Source: an uncultured Verrucomicrobiae bacterium (GTDB lineage Bacteria > Verrucomicrobiota > Verrucomicrobiia > Limisphaerales > JAFGQR01). From it: a DNA stretch of 64,000 nucleotides. Positions within the stretch are counted from its first letter, which is position 1, and every line of letters starts with the position of its first letter. Positions 41,701 to 54,101 of this stretch are shown one piece after another. Below the pieces are notes generated by a model, which was not told the DNA's origin, did not search any database, and saw nothing but the letters and a program-made list of their open reading frames with translations. Made by a program: the position numbers and the translations under genes. The DNA is taken from contig CAWBHS010000011.1 in NCBI GenBank assembly GCA_963788655.1, positions 62,120 to 126,119 of the forward strand. The letters are read 5' to 3'.

Positions 41701-44700
41701 TTTGGCCGATTCACCGGTGGGCGACTACGCCAACAGCACGGACACCTACGCGTTAACTGCGGTGAACATGTCGGGCAGCATCTGGCCGGTGTTGAAATTC
41801 TGGGACCGTTTCAGCCTGGCGGCGAATGATTGGGGGCGGGTGGAAGTCTCCACCGATGGGAACACGTGGACGTCGGTGTATGGGATTTCCGACACGCGCC
41901 ACGAATGGGCGGAACAGAGCATTGATCTGTCGCCGTGGAAAAACCAGGCCAACCTCCGCATTCGGTTCCATCTATGGACCGACGGCAACACCACTGACGA
42001 TGGCTGGCTGATCGATGATGTCCAGGTGCTTGAACACGTTCCCGTCACCATTAATGTTCCATTCGCCGAAGGGTTTGAAGGCGACCTGAGCCATTGGCTC
42101 CATTCGAGCTGGTTGATCGACACCAATGATGCGTACACCGGACAGGGCGCGGCGAAGGATGCGCCCGGCGTGCGAATGGGACCGGATGTGCAGCATTGGC
42201 TGGTGCTCGGCGGGGAATTGACGTTGACCAATGTGGTTAGTCCGCAGTTGGTGTTCTTCGTCAAGGGACACTTGCATTACAAGTCGTATTTCCGGGTGCA
42301 GTATTCGGCGGATGGCGGTTTAACCTGGCCGGACCTGAGCGCCGCCAACCTTAATTATGACGCCGATTGGGACTGGCGGCGGCTGCAGGTGTCGCTGGAA
42401 TCGTTGGTCGGCAAAACGGTCCGTTTGCGTTTCGCCGTGACAGACAACAATAGCGCACCGGACGTCGAAGTGTTGCTCGACCAAATCATTCTGGAAGAGA
42501 CGCCGGCAGTGGTCACGCTGGAAACGACAGTGCCGCATTTGCGCTCGGTGGACTTGACCTGGACGCCGTCGGGCCTGGGGGCGGCCTTCCAACGGTATGA
42601 GGTGTATCAGGCCACGCACGCCAACGTCACCATCGACGACACCCTGATTGGCACCTTTATCGAGCCGAATGACACGACGCAGACGGATACGGACTTGAGC
42701 ATTGGCACGACGTATTACTACAAGGTATTCACGGTCGATACCAACGATGTCTATGCGCCGTCGAATGAACGGTCCACTACCACGGTGCCGGTTACGCTGC
42801 CGCTGGTCGATGGGATGGAATCCACCGCCCAATGGGTGACGACGGGCGATTGGGGCATCGCCACCAACGGAACACACGGCGGCGACGGTTGCCTGGCGGA
42901 TTCGCCCGTAGGCGATTACGCCAACAGCACCGATACGTACGCGCTGACCGCGGTCAACCTGTCGGGCAGCACCTGGCCGGTATTGAAGTTTTGGGACCGT
43001 TTCAGTGTGGCGGCAAACGACTGGGGCCGGGTGGAAGTCTCCACCGACGGCAACACGTGGACAGCGTGTCTATGGCATTGTGGGCGCGCGCGCAGAATGG
43101 GCGGAGCAGAGCATCGACTTGTCGCCTTGGAAGAACCAGGCCAACCTTCGGATCCGGTTCCATTTCTGGACCGATACCACTACGACGGACGACGGTTGGC
43201 TGATCGACGAGGTCCAGGTGGTCGAACACACGCCGGTGGCAATTATCTTGCCCTTCAATGAAGATTTTGAAAGCGACTTGAGCCATTGGCTGCACTCGAG
43301 TTGGTTCATTGACACCAAGGACACTTACGCTGGCCAAGGTGCGGTTAAGGATGCGCCGGGCGTGCGAATGGGGCCGGATGTGCAGCATTGGCTGGTGCTG
43401 GGCAGCGAGGTAACGTTGACCAACGTGGTCAATCCGCAGTTGGTGTTCTTCGTCAAAGGACACCTGCGTTACAAATCGTATTTTCGGGTGCATTATTCGG
43501 CAAATGGCGGTTTGACTTGGGGGGAATTGAGTGCGGCCAACCTCAACTATGACGCTGATTGCGACTGGCAGCGTCTCCAAGTGTCGCTGCAACAATTCGT
43601 CGGCCAAACCATTCGCTTGCGCTTCAACGTGAATGATAACAGCAGCGCACCGGACGTCGAAGTGCGGCTGGACAAGATCACCCTGGAAGACGCGCCCACC
43701 GCCGTGACGTTGCAGCCTCCCGACTCCATTACCGTGTCCTCAATGCGATTGAACTGGACCGAGGCGACCGTGGCGAACTTCAAGGAATACCGCGTTTATC
43801 GCTCCGAGACCGCGACGGTGGATGAGGGTTCACAACTCGTGGCGACCATCAGCGACCGCCGCACCACGACGTTTACGGACACCGACCTGATGGCGCGCAA
43901 GACCTATTACTATCGCGTCTATCTTTACAACGAAAACGACACCGGCAACGGCTCCAATCAAGCCTCCGCCCTGACCGATGGCATGCCGGTGCCGTGGAAC
44001 GATTCCTTTGAGACGAGCCAGGCGGGTTGGACGTACACGGGCACTTGGACCACGGTGCCGGGTGCCGGGCGCGCTGGTTCGGGCGCGCTGGTCGATTCGC
44101 CGGGTGACTTTGCCACCAGTTCGGAAAGCTACGCCCAGTTCGCGGTGAACTTGAGCGGGATGACCTGGCCGGTGTTGAGGTTCTGGGATCGCCATGCTTT
44201 CGGTGATGCCGATTGGGGCCGGTTGTGGATTTCGTGGAACGGAGATGCAAACTGGCAACGGGTCTATGGCGTCTCCGGCGTGCGCACCAACTGGGTCGAG
44301 CAAAGCATCGATCTGTCCCCTTGGAAGAATCAATCGCAGGTCTGGGTTCGCTTTCAGGTGAACACCGGCGGGACGCCGAATGACGGTTGGTATATCGACG
44401 ACCTCAGCCTCGCGGACCAGGCCGTGGGCCAAGTCTATCCTTTCTACGACGACTTCGAACACGGCCTCACGAACTGGCTGCACGCCGCCTGGACGACCGA
44501 CGCCAACGAGCCTTGGTCCGGCAGCGCCGCGGCTCACGACACGGTGCCCACGCGCATTCCGCCCGACACGGTCTTGTGGCTGGTTTTGACGCGGGAATTG
44601 GATTTGCGCAGCGCGGTCAATCCGATGCTGACGTTTTGGATGAAGGGCCATCTTCAATACAAATCGTATTTCCGCGTCCAGCTATCGGCGGATGACGGCG

Positions 44701-45773
44701 TGAACTGGACGGATTTGCCCGGCGGCTTGAATTATGATTGGAACGCTGACTGGACGAAGCAATCCATTTCCCTGCAAGCCTACACGAATCAGGTCGTGCG
44801 CTTGCGCATTCAAACGTCAGGTAATTCCAGCGCGCCGGACGAAGACATTTACCTCGACAACTTGGGTATTGGCGAACCGCCGCCCGCCGCGCCGACACTG
44901 CAACGCGCCCGCGCCTTCGAGCATTGTCGAGGTGGTGCGGCCCACATTGGATCGTGAACAACGCCATTGATTTTCAAGGCGATCCCTTGACCTACCGGTT
45001 CGAAGTCTATGCCGATGCCGGACTGACCGACTTGGTGGCCCAGGTTCCCGCGGTGGCCAGCGGCGAGGGCACGAGTGCCTGGCCGGTGGATGTGAACTTG
45101 CAGAACAACGCCCAGTACCTGGTGGCGCAGCCAGGCCAGTGACGGCACCAATGTGGGCCCCTGGATGGCGACCGCCACGTTTTACGTGAACGAAGTGAAC
45201 AATCCACCGTTACCGGTGTTGATCGTTTCGCCCAATCATAGTGTGCTCTTTTCGAACCTGACCGAGTTGCTGGTATGGTATCCGACCGTGGACCCGGATG
45301 CGGGCGATACCATTGAGCAATATCACATCCAGATTGACTCGGCTTCGGCGTTTACCGCGCCGTTGATTGACGTGGACAACATCACCCTGGCCGAACCGCC
45401 CACGGAATCCTATTGGGCGGTGGCGGTGGCGCTCGAAGAACTTGCCGGGTCTGAGGAACTGGTGATTGGCACTCGCTACTATTGGCGGATTCGAGCCCAG
45501 GACAGCCGGTATGCCTGGTCGGACTGGAGCGAGGGCTTGCACTATTTCCGCTATGGCATCGTGCCACCCGTCTTGCAGGCTGCCCCGCTCCAACCGAATG
45601 GCGCCGTTTCCTTCCAATGGGAAGAAACCGACCTCGAGATTTACATCGAGTTTACGCCCACGCTCAATCCGCCGCACTGGATGACGATTGACGGGCCGAT
45701 TTACGGCACCAACTGGGTAGGCATGCCGGAACCCGGATCACCGACCGGATTCTATCGTTTGCGGATGGAATAG
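38772..45773 (+). CDS. Giant secreted repeat protein (~2300 aa) of jelly-roll (InhA/MAM/cleaved-adhesin-like) and fibronectin type III domains; about six frameshifts
   Basis: Signal peptide; recurring PFxDxFE...VEVSxDG..W...IDLSPW...RIRF...DGWxIDDV and FN3 (LxW...YxVY...TDxxL..GxTYYYKV) units continue across ORFs 38667..39608, 39725..43261, 43005..44957, 44924..45142 and 45153..45773. Confidence 0.8.
40400..44870 (+). repeat. Intragenic tandem repeat with a 1191-bp (397-aa) period, about 3.7 copies
   Basis: The anchor TGGCCGGT(G/A)TTGA occurs at 40592, 41783, 42974 and 44166. Confidence 0.9.
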
Positions 45774-45931
45774 GGCCCGAACCGCCAGCACTTATTCAAA
45801 CAACTGGCCGGTCCAGGTGTAAACCGTCTCGATTCTGCTTTCTTGAGGCGCGGGCCTTCGGTTACTGTCGGGCCGGCCACCCGCGGCGGGAATGGCCGTG
45901 AAGCAGGCCGTCAATCACAACCAGCAGGACC

Positions 45932-46426
45932 ATGAAAGCAAAAACCAAAACACCAAGTCGTCACCAGGTGGAACCCAGTTTTGCCCCGAAGAACATCAAG
46001 ATTATTCTGGTGCCGGTGGACTTCTCCGAGCCCTCACTCAAGGCGCTGCGCAGCGCGGCGGCGTTTGCCGAACATTTCAAGGCGCAGATCGTTCTGCTGC
46101 ACGTCGTCGAGCCGATTGCGACCCCGGACATGGAGTATTTGCCGATGGCGATGAATCCCGAACGCGTGATCGAAACCGCGAACCGCAAGCTCAAAGTGCT
46201 GAGCAAACCGCGCTCGAAAGGTCCGCGGCTCGTCGATCAAGCCCTGGTGCGCACCGGCAAGCCGTTCCGGGAAATCACCGACGTGGCTCGGGAGATGAAA
46301 ACGGACCTGATCATCATCGCCACCCACGGTTACACTGGGCTGGAACGAGCCTTGTTGGGCAGCACCGCGGAACGCGTCGTGCGGTATGCTCCTTGTCCGG
46401 TCATGGTCTTGCACGGGCAGGAATAG
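45932..46426 (+). CDS. Universal stress protein
   Basis: Motifs ILVPVDFSEPS, LLHVV and DLIIIATHGYTGLERALLGSTAERVVRYAPCPV. Confidence 0.92.
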   Translation: MKAKTKTPSRHQVEPSFAPKNIKIILVPVDFSEPSLKALRSAAAFAEHFKAQIVLLHVVEPIATPDMEYLPMAMNPERVIETANRKLKVLSKPRSKGPRLVDQALVRTGKPFREITDVAREMKTDLIIIATHGYTGLERALLGSTAERVVRYAPCPVMVLHGQE

Positions 46427-46603
46427 TCAGGTTGAGGAGTTAATGAATTGAAGCGGTGAATTGGAAAGGAATGGAGAAGTTGCACGGCTGGGGCAACTTC
46501 TGAAGGAACAGGCGCGTCGAGGTCAAGGGGTGCAACATCCGTGCGGTTCCTCAATCCCGGGTGATGCCTTGGCATTTGGAGTGGCATTGGTCATATTGCC
46601 CCC

Positions 46604-48194
46604 GTGCCTGCAAATGACACCATTCGACGCAAGCTCAGCGAGCTGCCGCACAAGCCGGGCGTTTACTTGATGAAGGACCGCTTCGGCACGGTGATCTATG
46701 TCGGCAAGGCGCGCGATTTGCGGAAACGGGTCAGCCAGTATTTTCATCCGTCGCGGCGGATGGGCTGGGATTTGAAGTTCCGGGCGCTGGTGGACGCCAT
46801 TCATGATCTGGACGTTCACGTGGTGCGAAGCGAGCCGGAAGCGCTGTTGCTCGAAGGCAAGTTGATCAAGGAATTCCATCCGCGTTACAACGTCAGCTTC
46901 CGCGACGACAAACGGTTTCTGTTGCTCAAGGTCAACCTCCACGATCCCATCCCGCGGTTCAGCCTGACCCGGCTGCGCACGGATGACGGAGCCCGTTATT
47001 TCGGCCCGTTCGCCAACTCCGGAGCGTTGCGGAACACGCTGAACCTGATTCGGCACGAATTCAACTTGCGCGGCTGCCGGCCCCTGACGCCGACCGAGAG
47101 CGATTACAAGCATTGTCTCTACGCCCACCTCAAGCATTGCACCGCCCCATGCATCGGCAATGTGACGCGGGAACAGTATCTGGAACAGGTCACGGCGGCC
47201 TGCGATTTCCTGGCCGGCCAGTGCGAGGAAATGGCCGGACAAATCGAAGCGGAGATGAAGAAAGCCGCCGCCGCGCAGGAATACGAGAAGGCGGCGGAAC
47301 TGCGGGACCTGTTGGGTGACGTGCGCAAAACCACCGCCAAGACGGCGCGGTTCGAGCGCGTGCCGTATTCGCTGCCCGTGGCGCTTGATCCGAGCAACGA
47401 CTTGCAGGAACTCGCCCGTGTGCTTGGGCTTCCGGCGCCACCCGAACGGATCGAAGGTTTCGATATTTCCAACATCAGCGGCACCTTTGCGGTGGCTTCG
47501 TTGGTGAGTTTCCGCAACGGCCGGCCGGAGCGCGCCAACTATCGGCGGTTCAAGATGAAAACCGTGGTCGGCCAGGATGATTTCGCCTGCATGGCCGAAA
47601 CCGTTCGCCGCCGCTATACCCGCGTGTTGCGGGAACAGCAAAGCGAACCGACGTCGGCGGAAGATGTCACTGGACAAACCGGCAGGTGAGGAATTGCGCG
47701 AGACTGGGCCGCCGCATCCTGAAGCTGCCAAGCAGGGGCCTGCCGGCAAGACCTCGTTGCCGGATTTGATTTTGATCGATGGCGGCAAAGGCCAACTGAA
47801 TGCCGCCTGTGAAGAGTTGGCCAAGCTGGGATTGGAGCGAATTCCAGTCATCGGCCTGGCGAAGGAGTTTGAAGAGATTTATCGTCCGGGTGAAGCTGAA
47901 CCGTTGCGCTTGAACCATCAGACCGGGGCGTTGAAATTGTTGCAACGCATCCGGGACGAATCACATCGGGTGGCCAATTCCTACAACGCCCAATTGCGGA
48001 TGAAACGCATCTCCGAAAGTGTGCTCGACGAATTCCCCGGCATCGGGGGGCACCGCAAGGCGGCACTGCTGAAAAAGTTCGGCTCCGTCCAACGGCTGCG
48101 TTTGGCCACGGTGGAACAGATCGCGGAAGTGCCCGGCTTTGGCGGCAAGGCGGCCGCGGAACTCAAGGCCTTCCTGGAGGCGAGGACGGTCTGA
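46604..48194 (+). CDS. uvrC: Excinuclease ABC subunit C, frameshifted near 47665
   Basis: GIY-YIG (PGVYLMKD, IYVGKA), UVR domain, IEGFDISN, PDLILIDGGKGQ, RIRDESHR and an HhH tail. Confidence 0.93.
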
Positions 48195-48428
48195 CTCGCT
48201 TGTCTGCCGGACGGATCCCTTGGTTGCTCGTCAGTTACAGATCCCCGTGATATGCTCCTTTCTCGCGGCTCGGCCGCCATCCGGCATCCGGCGCGCTTTC
48301 GTCTTAACTTGATTGCTCATGGGATTAAGCGTCCCCAGCCGTGGTTGTCTTGGTGACGCCACTGTTTCGTTGCGTCCTGGTTAAACGTGCCGGTGGTTTC
48401 GGCATGAGACGGAGTTTGGGCTTCCGCA

Positions 48429-50733
48429 TCAATTCCTCAGACCTTCCGTCGCCACGTTATCTGGAAATTGTTCCGCGACGGCGTCCGGTTGCCCCGTCAG
48501 CGACCAACCTGTCTTGAGGCCCAACACAAACCACCCGAGCACCACCACGCCGATGCCGAAAATGCTGTCACCAATCACCCGCATCCAGCGAAGTGTCTGC
48601 ATGAGGCCCTGCTGCATGAAGTCGGCGGAGCGTGCCCACCACATGCCCTCGTTGACGCTGGCCACGGTTTGCAGCAGACCGCGGGGCAGATCGGATAGCA
48701 GCACCATAAGCGCCAGGCCGATATTGATGGACCAGAAGGCGATGGCGAGCGGTGACGTGCGCCAGTGGCGGCGGACGGTGAGGCCTTTGAGGCAGAACAG
48801 CATTAAGCCAATGCCCAACATTCCGTAAACGCCGAACAAGGCCGTGTGCCCGTGAACGGCGGTGGTGTTGAGCCCCTGCATGTAATACAGGGCAATCGGT
48901 GGATTGATGAGAAAGCCAAACAGACCCGCGCCTACCAGATTCCAAAAGGCCACGGCGACAAAGCAATAGATCGGCCAGCGGTATGCTGACACCCACCGTC
49001 GCGCCCGGGAGAGCGTCAGATTCTCGTAGGCTTCGAAGCCGATCAACACCAGCGGCACGACCTCCAACGCGCTAAACACGGCTCCCAATGCCATCACCGC
49101 CGTGGGCGTCCCGCTGAAGTACAGATGATGGAAGGTGCCAATGATTCCGCCCGAAAGAAATATGGTTGTGGAAAACAGAACCGCCGCCGTGGCCGTCACC
49201 GTGCGTAACAAGCCCATGCGCGTGAAGAGAAAGGCAATGACCACGGTGGCGAAGACCTCGAAGAAACCTTCCACCCACAGATGCACCACCCACCAACGCC
49301 AATATTCCGCCAGGGCGTAATGGGTTTGCCGGCCCCACATCAGCCCAGCCCCGTAGAACAAGGCAATCGCGGTCGAGGCAATCAGGAACAGCGCCAGCAG
49401 ATGTCGATGCTCGCCCGGCTTCCGAATGGCCGGCCACATGGCCCGGCCCATGAGGAAGAGCCACACCCACAATCCCACGAAGAGGAAGATTTGCCAGAAG
49501 CGCCCGAGATCCACGTATTCGTAGCCTTGATGGCCAAACCAGAAAGTTCATAGCGTAGCCCATCCGCTGGCGCGTGCCGTACCAGGTGCCGAACATCGAA
49601 CCGACGACGATGATTAGCAGACAAACAAAGAGAAAGTTTACGCCGGCCCGCTGGAACTTGGGTTCGTGTCCGGACACGGCGGGCGCGATGAACAGGCCGG
49701 TTGCCAACCAGGCCGTGGCAATCCAGAACACCGCCAACTGCGTGTGCCAGGTGCGGGTGACCGAATAGGGCAACCACTCGGCCAATGGAATGCCGTAGAA
49801 TCCATTGCCTTCCACGCCATAGTGCGCCGTCACCACGCCCATGATCACCTGGGCCACGATCAACGCCGCCACCACCCAGAAATATTTCAACGTCGCCTGC
49901 ATTGATGGCGTCGGTTGCAGTCCGAGCAACGGATCTTTCTCCGGCAGTTCCGGCGGGGTTTCCTCCTGGTGTTTGAGCACGGCGTAATACCACGCCAGCG
50001 CGCCCACGCCCGCGAGCAGCAGCACGAAACTGACGACCGACCACAACACGCTGGAACCGGTCGGCACGTTGCCCACCAGCGACTCCGGCGGCCAGTTGTG
50101 GGTGTAACTGATCGTTTCCCCGGGCCGATCGGTTGCGCATGCCCAGGCGGCCCAGAAGAAGAAGCCGGTTAGTTTGTGCCGGCGCTGCGGGTCGCGCAAC
50201 ACATTGCCGGGAATCGCATAAGCTTCGCGTAATTTGGCCAACTCCGGCGCGTTACTGAACAGCGTTGCGTAATGCCCGGCCACCGCCTGGATCGCGTCGC
50301 CGCGATCCTTCGAAACCACCAGTTCGCCCGTGTCGGGATGGTAGGTGTTCGTGCGAATCTCTTCCCGCAGTTTCTCCCGCAACGCCGCCTGATCGGTCGC
50401 CGCCACCTCGACGTAGGGCTTTCCAAACTGCTGGTTGGCCCAATGGTCCAGCAGCCAGACCGACTCGCGGTGCAACCAGTCGGCCGACCAGTCCGGCGCC
50501 ACGTAGGCGCCGTGGCCCCACACGGAGCCCATCTGCTGCCCACCGGCGGATTGCCACACGTTCTGGCCATCGCGGATCTCCTGTCCGGTGTAGAGGACGG
50601 TGCCATCCGCCGTGACCACCTTGGACGGAATTGGCGGCATTTTATGGTACAGGTCGTTTCCGTAGTAAATCAGCACGGCAAACGACGCGACGATGACGAT
50701 GACCAGACTGGTCCAGAGTTTTCGATAGTTCAT
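48429..50733 (-). CDS. norB: Quinol-dependent nitric oxide reductase (qNOR), frameshifted near 49540
   Basis: GSVWGHGAYVAPDWSADWLHRE, SYTHNWP, RTWHTQ, WWVVHLWVEGFFEVF, GTFHHLY and VHGHTA. Confidence 0.95.
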
Positions 50734-50737
50734 CAGT

Positions 50738-51169
50738 TCAGATTCCCAAGGCAGTTCGCATCGCAGCCGGTCGTTTCATCAGATCGGCCAGCGAGTAATT
50801 ATCCAACACCGCAAAGAAAGCCGCCGCGGCTTCATCCAGCACGTCGCGCAAACGGCAGGCGGGAAAAAGGCGGCACTGGCGATTGGTGCGATCGGTGCAG
50901 TTGATCACCATTTCAGTCTCCTCACCCAATCGCACGATGTCGCCCAACCGGATCGAGTCCGCGGGACGGCCCAGCGTAAATCCGCCGCCAATCCCGCGTT
51001 GGGTTGCGAGAAACCCGTTCCGGCCCAGGTCATGCACGACCTTGACCAAGTGATGGCGCGAGATGCCAAACGTCTCGGCCACTTCGTCCACCGTGACTCG
51101 TTCGGGGCAGCGCAGCGCGGCGTGCATCAGCACTCGGAGCGAATAATCAGAGTAGGTGCTCAGTTGCAT
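50738..51169 (-). CDS. nsrR: Rrf2-family NO-sensing repressor
   Basis: MQLSTYSDYSLRVL, ISRHHLVKVV, RGIGGG and three C-terminal Cys (CTDRTNRQCRLFPAC); lies between norB and ric. Confidence 0.88.
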   Translation of the reverse strand: MQLSTYSDYSLRVLMHAALRCPERVTVDEVAETFGISRHHLVKVVHDLGRNGFLATQRGIGGGFTLGRPADSIRLGDIVRLGEETEMVINCTDRTNRQCRLFPACRLRDVLDEAAAAFFAVLDNYSLADLMKRPAAMRTALGI

Positions 51170-51210
51170 CGGGCGGCAAAATGACACCGAAAGAAAAGCC
51201 GATCAAGTAA

Positions 51211-51233
51211 AAAATGTATTTGTAATACATCTT
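51211..51233. promoter_or_regulatory. NsrR operator (11-1-11 inverted repeat)
   Basis: AAAATGTATTT-G-TAATACATCTT closely matches the known consensus AAGATGYATTT-N-AAATRCATCTT and lies in the divergent nsrR/ric intergenic region. Confidence 0.85.
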
Positions 51234-51334
51234 TAAGTTGGTTACTCTGTTGCGCAGTGAAATTTGGGCAGTTGTGGGATCAAATTCTTCGGTGCGGACC
51301 GGAGCGCAATCTGCCCCCCAAAAACATATAGCGC

Positions 51335-52045
51335 ATGAAAAACATAACCGTTGAAACCACTGTGGGAGAAATCGTCCGCGCCCAGCCGGGCCGGTCACGC
51401 GTGTTTGAAAACCTCGGCATTGACTATTGTTGCGGCGGCAAGAAGCCGCTGGCCGAAGCCTGTCAGAAAAAGGGGCTCGATGCGGCCACGGTGGTCGCCA
51501 TGTTGGCCGCGTTGGACGGAGCACCGGATCCTGCCTCGGTCAATCCGGACACGATGACGCTTTCAGCGCTCTGCGATCACATCGAGGCAGTCCATCACGG
51601 CTATCTGCGCGAGGAATTGCCGCGGCTGGATTTCATGACGCGCAAAGTGGCCGCGGTTCACGGCGAACACGAACCCCGCCTGCTCGAAGTGCGGCAAGTA
51701 TTCGAGACGTTCCAAGCGGACCTTGCCTCTCACACCCGGGAGGAGGACGAACAGGTTTTCCCGGCGATACGTCAATTGGAAGCCGCCAATGGCAACCGGG
51801 TGGCGGCGTCGGCCGCACTGAAAACGTCCTTCGGTAAATTGGAGTCCGAACACGACAGCGCCGGGGCGGCGCTGGCGCGTTTTACCGAGCTGACGGACCG
51901 TTACTCACCGCCAGACTGGGCCTGCAACACGTTCCGTGCGCTTTACGATGGTCTGGCGCAATTGGAAAAGAACATGCACCAGCACGTTCACAAGGAGAAC
52001 AACGTCCTGTTCCCGCGCGCGCTGGCCTTCGGAGCATCGGCATGA
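51335..52045 (+). CDS. ric: Iron-sulfur cluster repair di-iron protein (YtfE/ScdA)
   Basis: GIDYCCGG, HIEAVHHGYLREE, EHD and HQHVHKENNVLFP. Confidence 0.95.
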   Translation: MKNITVETTVGEIVRAQPGRSRVFENLGIDYCCGGKKPLAEACQKKGLDAATVVAMLAALDGAPDPASVNPDTMTLSALCDHIEAVHHGYLREELPRLDFMTRKVAAVHGEHEPRLLEVRQVFETFQADLASHTREEDEQVFPAIRQLEAANGNRVAASAALKTSFGKLESEHDSAGAALARFTELTDRYSPPDWACNTFRALYDGLAQLEKNMHQHVHKENNVLFPRALAFGASA

Positions 52046-52482
52046 GCCAAAAGGGCAAGTTGCCGTTGGTTTACTCCTGCTCCGGCGCGTCGAGCGCCGC
52101 GCAAATGGCCAATCACATTGCCGTCAAACTCGACCGGCTGAAGGTCGCCGAGATGTCCTGCATCGCGGGCGTGGGTGGCGACGTGAAACCGCTGGTGCGC
52201 ACGGCCAAATCCGGCCGGCCCATCATCGCGCTCGATGGTTGCCCGCTCCACTGCGCCGCGCAGATTCTCAAACGGCAGGGCCTCAAGGCGGACAAGCATT
52301 ACGATCTCAGCAAAATGGGCGTGAAGAAAAAATACCATGAGGATTTCGATCCGCAGGAAGCCGAAGCGTCGTTCAGAGCAGATTCGCCGACAACGCACGC
52401 GTCCCTTGTCCAACCACGCGGATGTGCCCGACGAGGTGGAAGAGGAATGGCCGCGAACCTTCCAGCCCGGTGTGTTACTTGA
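52042..52482 (+). CDS. DGC-domain putative zinc-binding protein; C-terminus uncertain
   Basis: LVYSCSGASSAAQMAN, EMSCIAGVGG and IIALDGCPLHCA. Confidence 0.8.
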   Translation: MSQKGKLPLVYSCSGASSAAQMANHIAVKLDRLKVAEMSCIAGVGGDVKPLVRTAKSGRPIIALDGCPLHCAAQILKRQGLKADKHYDLSKMGVKKKYHEDFDPQEAEASFRADSPTTHASLVQPRGCARRGGRGMAANLPARCVT

Positions 52483-52529
52483 AAGAAGTTCGAAGCGGTA
52501 GCGGCTGGATCGAACTGTCGTGCATTCAG

Positions 52530-52917
52530 ATGGAGCTTCGCATCAAACGCGCCTACGAACCCGCATTGCCGGAGGACGGCGCACGATTTCTGGTGGACCG
52601 ACTGTGGCCGCGCGGGGTGAAGAAGGAAACGCTGGCTCTCACCGCCTGGCTCAAAGACGTTGCTCCGAGCGACGCTTTACGCCGCTGGTTCGGACATGAC
52701 CCGGCGCGATGGACGGAATTTCGCCGCCGCTACCGGGCCGAATTGAAAGTCGCAACCGACGGCATTGCAGCCTCTGCGTGACGCGCTGACGCGCGGCGTC
52801 GGTAACACTGGTGTATTCCGCACACGACGAGGCGCACAATCAGGCGGTGGTGCTGCGTGAGTATCTCCTGGAGACGAAGTCCTCATCCCGCAAAGCCTCG
52901 CGACGGAAGCCGACGCC

Positions 52918-52921
<4 letters not shown>
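52530..52921 (+). CDS. DUF488 (YeaO-like) protein, frameshifted
   Basis: IKRAYEP, DGARFLVDRLWPRGVKK, APSDALRRWFGHDP; a shifted frame gives VTLVYSAHDEAHNQAVVL. Confidence 0.85.
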
Positions 52922-54071
<1,150 letters not shown>

Positions 54072-54101
54072 CGATGGAGAAATACGCAGCTGCCTAACCT
54101 T

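Noticed and set aside
40400..44870. Long repeats as a CRISPR array or DGR template/variable repeat
   Set aside because: These are in-frame coding repeats of 1191 bp with mostly synonymous differences. There are no spacers, and no cas or reverse transcriptase gene is in the window.
48195..48428. Attachment site or tRNA at the left edge of the NO locus
   Set aside because: I recognised no tRNA fold, direct repeat or integrase.
51270..51283. FNR/DNR box upstream of ric
   Set aside because: Only the ATCAA half-site is present; TTGAT is missing at the right spacing.
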